From the NCBI GenBank assembly GCA_001949185.1, contig BDGG01000022.1, positions 1 to 64,000 on the forward strand: a stretch of 64,000 nt of DNA, in the 5' to 3' direction. Position numbers and translations under genes: made by a program. This DNA comes from Ramazzottius varieornatus (Eukaryota; Animalia; Tardigrada). Position 1 is the stretch's first letter. Every line of letters begins with the position of its first letter. Shown in pieces: positions 23,801 through 35,460 of the stretch. The notes under the pieces were generated by a model. It was given only the letters and a program-made list of their open reading frames with translations. It was not told the DNA's origin and made no database searches.

Positions 23801-25274
23801 AAGCTTCATATTGGGCTTTTACCCAACAAAGAACTGAAAAACTAGAAGCGAAACTGAAATGAAGATGCTTTTCCCCAAGTGGCGCACTTTCACAGCCAGT
23901 AACAGTGGGAAGGTGCGGCACTTGAGAAGAGAAATGTTGTGTGTAGTTTGTTTGTCGAGGTTGTAGGGTAAAGGTTAGCCGGTGCTTTGTTGCAGGTGTA
24001 TGAACGACGTACGGTACGATGGATACACCCTGCCGATGGACATAGAAGAGTCCAACATGAACGCGCGCATCCTGACGTCGGTCAACGTGACGGACGGCTG
24101 CCTATCAGAAGATCCCTGCAAAGGCTTCATCTGTCCCGACCCGATGGTCTGCGTCGACCTGTGGCGCATGGCCTCCTGCCAGTGTCCGCCCGGCTTCAAA
24201 AAGTCGGACGACGCCAACGACAAGGCCAACTGCGTCGACATTGACGAGTGTCGGGAAGACCCGGGAGTGTGCCGCAACGGCGGAACCTGCCAGAACTTTG
24301 TCAAGACCGACAAGCACGACCGATCGGCCGGCTATGTCTGTCTCTGTCCACAAGGCTATGTCGGCGTCAACTGCGCCGCTGCCATGAAGGAACAACGGCT
24401 GGGTGTCAGCTGGGGCGCGCTGGCCGCTCTCATCGTCTCCGCTATCATTCTCATGTGTAAGCTCCTCGGCCTTTTTGCTACGAAATTTCCCGTCAAGTCT
24501 GTGCCGAGCACGACCTTGATCGCTTATTTCGTAGAAAAAAGGCAGATAAAATCTACCGAACAACTGTCGGTCCCCGCGTTCCCCATGAATTATGTCTTAT
24601 CGGGTGTTTCTTTCCTTGCAGTGATGTTATGTGTCTTCATCATTTATAAACAACGCAGAAGAGCCTACGACGAGAAGATGGCGCTGACCATCGACCCGGA
24701 TGACGATATTCGGGAGAATATCGTGTCGTACCACGATGAGGGTGCCGGTGAAGAAGACATGCACGCTTACGACATTACACCCTTGAGGATACCTATCGGC
24801 CCGAAAGACTCGCCGTCCACCGTCGGCAGGAAACCCATGATTCCTTCCGAAGCTAAACCTTCGATGCAACGACCGCCTCGGACAAGTAAGTCGAAAACAC
24901 ATTCCTCCATGAAAAGATTCGGTGATTTCTCTTCTCTTGCAGAAGGCGCTGAAGTTGCAGTGGGCGATCTTCCTAACCTATTGCAACAACGGCTTTATGA
25001 AGCCGACAACGACCCGATGGCGCCACCGTACGACGAGCTACGGCTGTACGCTTATGAGGGTGGCGGCGACACGCCCATTGATCTCAGTGAAATTGAGGAT
25101 AACGAAGACGATGATATCAACTTTGATTACCTACAAAGTTGGGGTCCTCGTTTCGAGGTAATGTGGCCATTAGCTCCTCTCTGTCATCGGCAGACAAATG
25201 CAATGTTTGTGCTCATGTTATAGAAGCTGGCCAAGTTGTACACGGAGAAGCCGGCGGAAGACGAGGAGCTATGA
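8832..25274 (+). CDS. CadN: Type III classical cadherin (neural/DN-cadherin, HMR-1B-like), ~2778 aa, 29 exons
   Basis: Hand-assembled exons from 8832-9101, 9370-9718, 12594-13017 through 24943-25157 and 25224-25274 sum to 8337 nt in one frame. Domains: signal peptide, furin-like RTKR/RTRR sites, ~15-16 cadherin repeats (DxNDN, LDYE/LDRE), non-chordate cadherin domain (SGSIRL), EGF + 2 laminin-G, TM, and a cytoplasmic tail with p120 (DEGAGEED) and beta-catenin (PPYDELRLYAYEGGG...WGPRFEKLA) motifs. Confidence 0.95.
11720..11915. repeat. Family-1 palindromic element, double core (cadherin intron 2)
   Basis: Two N25 cores at ~11757 and ~11838. Confidence 0.85.
13045..13160. repeat. Family-1 palindromic element (cadherin intron 3)
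   Basis: CAGATGGCGCAC-N25-GTGCGCCACTGG with long outer arms CTCGGCAA...TTGCCGAG. Confidence 0.9.
14200..14316. repeat. Family-1 palindromic element (cadherin intron 4)
   Basis: Core 14231-14279, N25. Confidence 0.85.
15088..15213. repeat. Family-2 palindromic tandem units (cadherin intron 6)
   Basis: Two units CCTGCATACT-N28-AGTATGCAGG at 15091-15138 and 15163-15210. Confidence 0.8.
15920..16115. repeat. Family-1 palindromic element, double core (cadherin intron 8)
   Basis: N25 cores at 15954 and ~16034. Confidence 0.9.
16785..16895. repeat. Family-1 palindromic element (cadherin intron 9)
   Basis: Core 16813-16861, N25, outer arm AAACAAACTCAACAAGATCG. Confidence 0.9.
17905..18012. repeat. 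Family-1 palindromic element (cadherin intron 12)
   Basis: Core 17938-17986, N25. Confidence 0.88.
18422..18615. repeat. Family-1 palindromic element, double core (cadherin intron 13)
   Basis: Cores at ~18457 (N24) and 18538 (N25). Confidence 0.85.
19975..20155. repeat. Family-1 palindromic element, double core (cadherin intron 17)
   Basis: Cores at 20002 (N24) and 20073 (N25). Confidence 0.85.
21245..21425. repeat. Family-1 palindromic element, double core (cadherin intron 20)
   Basis: N25 cores at 21270 and 21353. Confidence 0.88.
22586..22702. repeat. Family-1 palindromic element (cadherin intron 22)
   Basis: Core 22621-22669, N25, long outer arms. Confidence 0.88.
23850..23960. repeat. 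Family-1 palindromic element (cadherin intron 25)
   Basis: Core 23876-23924, N25. Confidence 0.85.
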
Positions 25275-26020
25275 CAAAAGGCTGGCTGATAGGTGCTGCT
25301 GCTGGTTGCTGTACAGTCAGCCGGATACTGATACATTTGCCAAAGACTGTGTGGAGACTCCTTTTGTACCAAGATGGTTCTTTTTGCTCATATCTGCCAT
25401 AAGCTCGTTTGCCCGTACTCTTCTTTTCTTGAACGTGGCCTGCAGTAACGCTGGTGTTGCTGCCCCAGCCGCGACCAATCTTCTTTTGCATTTGAACATT
25501 TTTACTCCAATATTTTCTGGTTTGACCAAGTTGGGCGTTTTACTCGCTGTTATCTGTTGCTTTTGTTGTTTCATTGTTTTACAGCGTTTTCAGTTTTTTT
25601 TAGATCTCGTCGCAAGGTTTCGGTATGATAAACTTCGACATAATATGCACGGCATGCTATTCCTGTCTTCTTTCAACTGGTCAGATATTGCAGGCAAACC
25701 TAATGCGCCTGCTTGTTGATTTAGTGCGTTAATTTTCCATGAATTTAGACTTTAGCAAGTTCACATTTTTATTCCCACAGTGATTTTCAACGACAGCACA
25801 TGTATACGGGACAGACAATTGACACACTGGGTAATAACAGTTATCTTTGGAAACATATCAACCGACAAGTCAATCCAGCGGTATAACAGCGATGTAGCAA
25901 TGGAATAGTACGAGCAAGAAAACAATTTTATCAGCAAGAGTAAAAGGGGAATATTTGACAAGCTTACTTGCAAAAGGGGCTACTTGCGGGCACGTTGCCT
26001 GTTGGACCACCGACAGATGA

Positions 26021-28575
26021 TCACCACAGTTGAGTATGGGAGTAATGGAGGTTGGTACCACGAGTTGGACGGAGAGAGACGCGATCCGCGTTTTTGTCCA
26101 TGTTGTGACCCGCAGCGACGGTACCGGCATCCTTGGGCAGCCCGTGACCGTTGGCCACGTGACTGTTCTTGGGTCCGTTCTCGGTGGGTGATGGCTGCTG
26201 TTCGGCACCGTGGCTGCCGTTCGACCCACGACGCTCCTTCTCCTTGACTTCATCTCCCGGCCCATCCAGCTCACTGGTGCCGGTGAAAAACCTGACAGTC
26301 AAATCCACAAAATGAGTTGCAAGAAAGCTGACATCGGCCGCAACCGAGACCAAGGCAAGGAAACTGACCGAGATCGTTTTCGCAAGTGGCGCACGCTTCA
26401 AGCCATAAACACTGGAAGTGTGCGTCAGTTGGAGAATTCAATCTTGTCGAATTTATTGCCCAAGTGGCGCACGTCGTCAGCGCTTAAGACTCGGACCGCG
26501 CCACTTCGGAAAAGAACTTCATCAAGTCTGTCTGTCTAGGTCCTGATTAGAGTAAATTCATGGAGATGAAAAAGAAAGTTATAGATTTTTGGCATCGCGG
26601 TTGTTTGGTGTAAGGTTACCCGTTGTACGTTTTCTGGATTGGTCCAGCTGCCGTCTTGTCCTTCAGCACGGCACTGCCGGGGCTGTTGGGTCCTTCGAAG
26701 AAATCGGAGAAGACGACAAAATGCGACGGCTGGCGAACCACGTCGCTCAGGTCGAATTTGTGGCCAAAGAAGGACAGACACTTGGCCGACGGACGATCAA
26801 TGGCCATGTCTTTGGCTTGACAATGTTCTCGCTGCATTTAAACACCAGTATCCGTACTGTATTATCCGTCGTCATCGATCGTAGAAAGGTATCAAAAAGT
26901 TACTTCCGCGTCGAAAGAAATTTCGCTTCGGTCAGTTGTTAAGTGTTTTATATTCTGGGGATCTGTACCTTAAGCATGTAAGTGAAGAGCTTTGTGCCGT
27001 GTCCTTTACGTTGGTATTCATTTTCGACAAAGAAGTCCAGCAGACAAAGCGGCTCATATTGCTTCTCGTTGCCGGCAGAGTCTTTCAGCACCAACTTCTT
27101 GCGAGCCACCTTCAAGTAGCCGATCACTCCACCGCGGAATCTGTCAAGAACCAAACTGCATTCAGGCCTGAATTGGACCAAACTGTTATTATTAAACCTT
27201 TGGACTTACGAGTTGGCACTAGCGTCCTTCAGTATGTACAGTCGATGGTCGGAGTGGCGCAGCTTGTGGGAGTTGGTGATGGCACTCAACAATCCTTGAG
27301 ACTGAAAACAGTCAGATTATTGCCTACTCTCTTATTCTAACGATATATAGTGTGGACCCTTTCAGTGAAATAACATGGATGTCGGCGCTGTTCTAATGGA
27401 TTTTTCTTTGATACCAAATGGGGGATGTTCCGAAGAGGGGGTTAACGGATCAAAAAATGAGTTTAGTGCAATCAATAAAAAGACAAGCGCTGTTTCGGGA
27501 GGAAATGACTATCGTGATGACGGCTTACGTGCCCTTAAGCCGGTCTGTTCACCGTATATATCCCAGCCCGTAATACGATTGGCAACGGGATAGAATATTT
27601 AGGTCAAGTAAAAGCTATAATTACACTGTGCTGTAGCAGTACTTCCCCTTGTTGCGACCATGTCCCCTGATGATGTATGATTAAAGCCGGAAACGATTTG
27701 CCCGACTCGCCATGATCAAAATGGCAGCTGTCACTGTGTGGTCAAGAGATATATATTTCGCTGTGCTATCGATTGGTCAGCTTCTGTTTCTGCACTGAAG
27801 CTGCTTCCAAAACAGCTCGGATTACCGGCAATGATGGCGGACAGTCGCTGTGCATAATCAGCCTAATCAACGGCTATTGCACTTCATTCCCTGTGGGCAA
27901 TTGGAGCTAGGAGCCGTAAAGACCCGTTTGAACCCGACGGCGGTTTATTCGAATTGGAGTGCCTGCGTGTCTATGGCGAATATTTGGAGCGTGAGATATG
28001 GAAGGATCACCTACACCTGCAGGAAGCTCTGACTCATTCGGCTCATTTGATTCATGGAGAGCTTTGGTATTGTTCATTGAGGTGATCCATGGCTGTGTCA
28101 TGCGTAATTGACAGGAAAAAAAGTAGGGCAGGTGAAGAGACTACTACTTTATGTTGCCGCTGAGTTGATGCGGGCGTAGTGCGATGGGAAAACAAGGATG
28201 AAGTGGACTTACTTGGGCTGAAGCCTCGCCAATGCGGTCAATGATGGTGCAGACTTGTTGACGCATGAATTCCCTATAGAAATAAGACCAAAGGAGATCA
28301 AGAACCAATTGAAAAGTTTTCTTATCAAGCTTGAGCGTGTACAGTATGGGACTGATGGATGAACAAACTGGTCAAGACAGTCTTTCTCAAGTGGCACACG
28401 CTTTCAGCTCAGTACACTGAAAAGCTGCGTCACGATATTGTTCACTTCGTTTGCCGAGTTGCCATTTTTCTTACCGGCCTCCTCCGACGGAGGTGTTCTT
28501 CCAGAAGTCGGCCGAGGCATCCAAAACCGTGATGTCTTCCGGCAGGACGTGATTGATGTTGAATCCGCAGTCCAT
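26021..28575 (-). CDS. ATAT1: Alpha-tubulin N-acetyltransferase (ATAT1/MEC-17)
   Basis: Exons 28575-28475, 28273-28213, 27301-27209, 27140-26969, 26831-26620 and 26291-26021 give MDCGFNINHVLPEDITVLD...QQVCTIIDRIGEASAQSQGLLSAIT...GYLKVARKKL...PLCLLDFFV..QRKGHGTKLF..AIDRPSAK...HTQLW. Confidence 0.95.
26350..26540. repeat. Family-1 palindromic element, double core (ATAT1 last intron)
   Basis: Cores at 26383 (N25) and 26461. Confidence 0.88.
28355..28460. repeat. Family-1 palindromic element (ATAT1 intron 1)
   Basis: CAAGTGGCACAC-N25-CTGCGTCAC plus outer arms. Confidence 0.8.
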
Positions 28576-30044
28576 GGCTAAGGAAGAGTGGAACGAGGAA
28601 GTGGAAATGGTCACTGGTCAGCGCGAAATAGAAGGTGGGAAAGAACCTTCCGTCTTGGTAGCAGCGCACTGGAAGATCGGTTGGCTGGCGATGAAAGGAC
28701 TGGTCAGTCAGTGTTGACTTGACAGGGGAAATATTATCGCTGGCAGCTGTCAACAGGGGAACAGGGAAGATAGCACTGAACCGTCGCAACGGAGCATGTG
28801 CCACTGTTTGTAGGCAGCGGAAAACGGGATAGCTACGGAGTGTGCTGTATACTCCCGACATCAGATAAACGGTGAGAAGGAGTGTGCCAGTGTTCTATGC
28901 ACTTTTCCTTGATAGCCATAAATGTCTGTGTACGTATCGGATACGTAGCAAATGTGGGTTTATCGCCGGCCAAAATGTTAGTACGACCCATTGTATGCAA
29001 CGACTGCCGCTGCAACTGAGGGGAGAATAGCCAAGTAGCCGATAAATCTCTGCTGCTCCTTGTGGTGTGTCAATGATGGGAAAAAGAGAAGCAGGGCTGA
29101 GACCACCAATCCTACCATCGATGTGTACGTCCTTTCGGTACTAGTATTGATAGAGTACTTAGCAGAAGAAAGAAGGTTCAAGGTACTAAAACTGGACAGG
29201 AGCCAGCCGCAGCGGCGTTAGTGTCCACGTCGACAATCGTAGGGAAAAAACAACAGATAGCTTCTGCCCGATTCCTGGCCTAGGCGCTTCAGTCTTTCTT
29301 TTACGGCCACATACCAGCTGTCTACTTTGTTCCACCTTAATTTCGCAACCAGAAATAATTGGCGATCGTCATGAAGAGAGAACACGACAGTTGTCTCCCA
29401 CTGGGGTCGCCGCTTTTGTTAGATTGATAGATGAACAAGATCGTTTTTTGTTTAGCGTCGGTGATAGCCATTCAGCTTCGGACGATGAGTGACTAACTTA
29501 GCTACCATACTTCTTCAGCACAGCGTAGGATCTATATATATATATATGAAAGAAAATCTATTGTGCGGGAACCGATGCTTTCTTCCAGGAGGAAAAAAGA
29601 GGAGGTGAAAAAGGGGGTGGCGCTCGCTGAACCTTGTTCCTTCAACTGTCGATCGCTAGTCTTCCCCTTTCTGATCCTCCACCCAATGTTCGATCGGCAG
29701 CTCCAAGGATAAAGAAGCACTGCCTGCTTAGACGGATCTCGACACCTTTCTCATACTTTGCCTTTCCCGTTTCAACTTGTGACTACATATGATAGCAAGG
29801 TGGGGCGTCTGTTGACGCCTAATCATTAAAGGTCGAAACAGAGCCAGCTATCAGATAGGTCCATGGATGTTGCTACTTCATTTGATACCTGGTTCGTCGT
29901 GCCAAACATCGGCACAACTACACCGCCTTATACTGTGTCATCTTCTTTGTACACAAATCAAAAGAACTGCAAAAAAGGCCCGTCCGAAATGCACACAATT
30001 TGGAGGATGGCAAACCGGGCTGACGACATGGACCGACAAATGGG

Positions 30045-33000
30045 TTACATCATTTTCTGCAAAAATGGCTCTAATCTGACAGAGCTTCTTGCAAGTATAT
30101 CCTTGCAGGACATCACTGGGTTCCTGGGGGAAATATATCAGCAAAACGATATAATCAAGACTGCTGGGCAAGCGTAGAGAGGATGACCAAGGTTGAAATA
30201 GGCTTACGTTGGCGATTCAGCTTCCAGGACGCGGGCTTGAAGCTTGTCAATGGGTGAATTCAGACACATGATGGACGCCAGCGACACTCGCCGTATTTCT
30301 GTCAGTTGCTCTGTGACAAATGACACCATGTAGGCCAACTTGAGCATGAAGTATATTCACGGACGTAGAGGACTTGCAAAAGCCAACCTGGGGTCAAGAC
30401 GTTATCGTTTTCGTAAAAGAATCGATCGCCCATCTTCAATCGACGAAACTGCTCTGTTAAGACGCAGGCAAAGGTGGGGCCACAGAGCCCTTCGTTGTTG
30501 ACCGGCTTCTCGGATATCCCACCAGCGTAAAAATCCTGCGTAATAACGAGAGCAAAATTCTTCCATCCACATACAAAAGAATGAAGCAACGTTTAACTGA
30601 AATTCGCTGCACTCACCGTGTCGTCGATGTGACTGTAGACGGAGGTCAGGCTGGCGGCGTTCTGGGCTGAAGTGGCTCGCTGGAGGTCGCTGACGTCATT
30701 GATAGGCGGCAGCCCGCATAGCTTCCTCATCTGTGGGTAGGTTGGAAGACCGTGGTCGCGACCCCGCTGAATGTTGACAGCTAGCTGGTCAAAACCCATT
30801 GGTTTGTCCATTGCCTTGTACATCTGGTTCTGGAAGACGAAAGAGAAGTCCGCGTCAAACTGCTGTGCACGCTTCCTGGCCATGCCGGCTATCAGCTTGT
30901 CCAGCACACCTTCCTTGTACCTGTCCATGGGACAAAAAGCTCTGTACTGAAGCTTTGGACGTATCAACAAGGTTAACGTGGGAGCTTGGCCAACATGATC
31001 GATATAACTGCTTCACAAGTGGCGCACGCTCTCAGCCCCTCACTTCGAAAGCGTGCCTCACTTGGGAAGACAAAAAAAGCACGATCATTTTCTCAACTGG
31101 CGCATGCTTGCGGTTAGTAGCCCTGTGAATGTGCGTCACTTGGCAAAAGAAACCCCCTTGAGTTTGCTTGCGAGGCTTCCACGTATCGAACAAAAGTTTC
31201 ATTTGCACACCACATGTTAGGGTTGAAGAAATGCAAGAAGAAAGGAGTCTCGGTGCCGTTGTCCATCAAGAGCGGCAGTTCGTTGCCGCTGAGAGTATGT
31301 AGACGAAAAGCCGCCGCCGCAAATTCAACCATGACCGTTGCATCAACATCGGAGCCATAACTGTTGGCAAAGCCGTTCTCCTTCAGAGCCAGTCCGTTGC
31401 GTGGGTCGTTATAAATCTTCTTGCCGAGAATGAGCGGCAATAACTCCTTGAAGGCCATGTGTTGCAGCATGGCACTGACGATCTTGCGGGTTACTTGGAA
31501 GGCCATCTCGTCTGTTGGACCAGCCGGTGATCGGTCGACCAGGAACTTGGCAATACGGTTGTGCTCACGGAGGAAGAGGCTGTGGAGAGCTACCAGACCG
31601 GTGTGTAAGTTTATGCGCACGTCGCCGGCGTCGACGCAAGGCTTGTCAGCCGAAGGTGCAACGCAGGATAGGGCGTTGGCTCCACCAGGTACCATCACCA
31701 CATCCTGCTTCTTCATCAGCGGCGACTCGTTGATTCTCATCATACCGCGCCATCCCGATCTCAACCTGCAAATAATAATAATCATTATAATTATTGTTGT
31801 TATAGTTATTATTATTGTTACTTTATAATTATTACTGCTATTATTATAATTCTAATTATTCGACCTGATGGCTGATTAGATATCACGACTTCAGGAAAAC
31901 CAACAGCAACCAACTACACGAATGAGAAGATTGCACGAGCCGCCACCGACCGTTTTGCGTCCTTGTCGCTATTGCCATATATGTGAGAGGCATCGATGTA
32001 CGCAGCTACGCCATTGACAGGAACTCGGGCTTCTATAACAGGAAGATTGGACGTCTGTAACAGCCTTCTTTTCCTTCAGTTGCCCGAGGCATATGTAAGG
32101 ATGAACATACTCAGTGCACAGCCTGTAACAGGTGCCGGCTTGGAACGAGTAAACTCCATGCAGGTGATGTTGAGCCGGCCGAAAACTCGATCGTTGGCCG
32201 GGATGGAGATGGGGAAGCATGACGGATGCAGCGGACAGTTAGGGCTCGTATTGGCATTTGGAAGGCAGCATTGCACCGTCACAGAGTTACCTGTGTGTTC
32301 CAATCAATATCAGAAATGCTTTTCCGCTCTAATCAGATGTTCAAAATATCAGTCGTACTTGAATTATTTGGATCAGGAACTTTTTCCACCAGAGCTGCAA
32401 GCAAGGCCCCGCTGTAGTACTTATTGAGTGCAGCAGTTATTAAGGCCATAAGAGAGGACGACGTACTGTTGGAGATATCGTGAGCGATGAACTGTGCGAA
32501 CTGGACCAGCATGAAAGTGGTGTCTGGGCTTTGGGCATCCTTGTTCCTGGACAGCGCCGTACTGACTTGACGAGCTGATGGCAGTGTAACAGGGCGGGAT
32601 GGCTTGGAGGTGACGGAAAGGTGGCGAGGTGCCGATATGCCATCCTGGTATGCCGCCTTGCCCATTCGAGCTTGCGGGTAATTGGCTGAAGCCCATAAGG
32701 AGCGCTGTAGGTTGTTGCAGCTTCCATCCAGCGTGCGGAATGGCCAAGCACTGTTGCACTTGGCCTTCTTCTCCAGAAGGCATTGTGTTGCTGTTGCAGC
32801 AATAGCAACGGGTTCGTCATTGGAGCTGGGTAAGGCAGAGTGACCTTGGTCGATGAGTGCCGCAACATCCTCGTTTCTGCAAGAGGTGGGAATTAGGCAC
32901 CACCCCAGACAAAGCATAGAAAGAGGGTTTAGAATATCTTCTCTGCTGCAGAAGGTAGCAGTTGCCATCTTACAAGAAGTGATCGGATAGTCTGCGGGCC

Positions 33001-33431
33001 GCGTTCTCGCTTTGGTAAGCGTACTGCACTTCCGGGTCGTACTCGCCCACCGTCCAAGTCAGAGCTGACCGTCTGTTTGGGTCTGCTTCCACAGCTGCAA
33101 AACCAGTGGTTATCGGACGGGCAAAACTCCGCTGATGTTTTTATACGATTTGTTTCTGGCACTATAAGTCAGTCAACAGCTTGAAATAAGGCGATTTGCA
33201 CATACCACACTGTGGCGCTCTGTTGAGAGCAATTAGGCGTAGGAAGTCCTCCCTTCCACTCTGCAGTGCAGAAGGCAGCCAGCTCCATAGGCGCCGCCCG
33301 TCAATCGTCGACGAAAGGACGGTGGCCGGCTCCGCAGCGACTAACGAAAAGGTGGATATTTCTCGCCCCTGCACGATATATCCCAAAGTCGCCAGCTGAA
33401 AGATCAAAGCAAAAGACGTAGCCAACATCAT
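30045..33431 (-). CDS. Secreted animal heme peroxidase (peroxinectin/chorion-peroxidase-like)
   Basis: Hydrophobic N-terminus; [11 protein letters not shown]; distal AQFIAHD; YIDASHIYG; AGDVRIN; FLREHNRIA; proximal AAAAFRLHT; [13 protein letters not shown]; [15 protein letters not shown]; C-terminal NPVMSC...MM* with the stop at 30045. Confidence 0.93.
30981..31175. repeat. Family-1 palindromic element, double core (peroxidase intron)
   Basis: N25 cores at 31016 and 31094. Confidence 0.88.
31770..31860. repeat. Imperfect (ATT/ATA)n microsatellite in a peroxidase intron
   Basis: aataataataatcattataattattgttgttatagttattattatt... Confidence 0.85.
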
Positions 33432-34080
33432 GGCCAACAAGACAAAGCAGAGAAAAATATAATAATTCAGAAATATCTGATTCAAAGCAGGCTGTGGTGA
33501 TTACCTACCGCATGCGACTCATATATCCGCCAAGCATCAAGAGCGGAACCTGGAAGCGCACTGCAGAGTTTCGGGTGGAGCCGACGTCATAACCGGCCGG
33601 ATAAGTGGTGAGCGTCGACAACGCCATACAGAAAGCTGACGAGCTAGCACTCTCTTAGCTATCTGCGTCAACCATAACCACCTGGACCTCTCCTCTGCAT
33701 GGGGGTACTTGAAAATCTCGCCATATAGTACCGAAGAGGCTGTAGCCGCCCAACGAGCGTTAGTAAATTGACAGCGGAATTCCGACTGGGTTCGGTGCGA
33801 ACCCTCCAAGGTCGTTACTTCCAAGGAGTAGAGGAAGCCCTACTTTTTGTTTTGATTTCAACAAGTCTGAACATTTTCCAATTTCAATTTTTATTTTGAT
33901 TTTCGCTCGTACGTACGTACAATATTGTACGCCTCGGTACGAGGACCTGAAGAAGTTCAAACAGTCACAAAACAACAACGGGGTTTGTTCAGTCGCTGTC
34001 AACCACGGAAAGGACAGACGGAACACTGAGCAATCGACCGACGTACGCTGATCTTCGACCAGGTAAACTGCGCAGCAGTT

Positions 34081-34881
34081 CTATCCGTAGTAAAAACCAG
34101 GATACTGATTTCCCCACGCAGTGGGCGCCACCTGCCCAACGGCAGTTCCTTGTCCGTATCCGTTACCTTGATTGCCAGAAAAGGCCACGTTATTGGTGAA
34201 GGCCTGCGAATATCCGTTGTACGAGGGCAGGAGTGTGTTGGCGTTGCCACCGCCGTAACCGATACCACCGTATACCCCACCGAAGCCATTACCGTTACCC
34301 GCACCGTTACCACCCGAACCGGTTGACACGATGGTGTTGGACAACTGCTGCCCGATACCGTTTAGTCCGTAACCAAATGCCAAGCCGTAGGCGTAATCGA
34401 TGGGGTTCCGTAGATCGTAGGGATGAAGGTTGGCCGAGAAAGACAGGCCGCCACCGTACCCCAAGCTGGGTGGTGTGAACCCGATGGAGCGGGATGGTCC
34501 ATAAAGAGACGATGCTGGAGCTGCTTCACTCGCTAAAATGAACAAACACACAGTATAGGGGCACTGAACCGCAACACTTCCATATCAAATTCTAGGAGTA
34601 AAAAGTTGTAAAACTGTAGATAAACTTCCGTAAGTCGTACAGAGCGAACTAACGGATATTGAAGCTCGGCAAACAGCCGCGACAATATTGATACCCCAAG
34701 TGGCGCATGTTGACAGTGTGACTGGCTGTAGGCGTGCGCCACTGTGACAAACGATGTTGGTTTGTTTGCCTAAGGTCCCATAATTATGCCTTGGACAGTT
34801 CCTACCTCGCAAAGCACTGAAAAGAACCAAGCACAGCACAGGAATAAGTCGGAAGAGCCCCCACAATTCCAAAAGATCCAT
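34081..34881 (-). CDS. Secreted Gly/Tyr/Asn-rich low-complexity structural protein (175 aa)
   Basis: Exon 1 (34881-34806) encodes a signal-peptide-like MDLLELWGLFRLIPVLCLVLFSALR and splices in phase 1 to exon 2 (34532-34081), which has GYGGG/GYG repeats. The mature part has 14 Tyr and no Cys or Lys. Confidence 0.75.
34662..34775. repeat. Family-1 palindromic element (intron of Gly/Tyr-rich gene)
   Basis: Core 34697-34745, N25. Confidence 0.88.
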
Positions 34882-35460
34882 CGTTCCGTCACACAGTATT
34901 CCTCACAATTAGACAATCGCTGCAAGGTAATCTTCAAATTTAAACCTGTCAGATTTCGAAAACCACTCTACAACTTCAGTACACAAAAGACCAGCTCTTG
35001 ACGGAACACTTCCTGACTTTAATACGACCGACCAACGGTGACAGGAAGCTATGAATCAAAACGGATATTGCAAGTGAAAGCACCTTTCGCTTCCTGTCTT
35101 CGTACAGAAGTTTCGAGCAACCTTCTCATTGCTCATATTCAAACAAGGAAGTCCGCTACGGGCGAAACCGCAACCAGGAAGTTCTCATTTTGATTTTCTC
35201 AACTCACTCTTCTACTCTTGCACCAGTTCGCTTATGTAAAACCCCGATAGACGACCTTGAAACCAGGCACCACTAAACCTAAAACGTCAAATGAAAAAGT
35301 CAAACGATAGTACAGTTCAAGGTGAATCACAAATCACGAATTATTCACAACACTGTTACATAACAGATGCCGGAATTATACTTCCAGTTACCGGTGCAAA
35401 GCCTTAATTGCTACAATCATTACTTCAAGACGAAAAGTCGCACAGCGATAAAAGTCAAAC

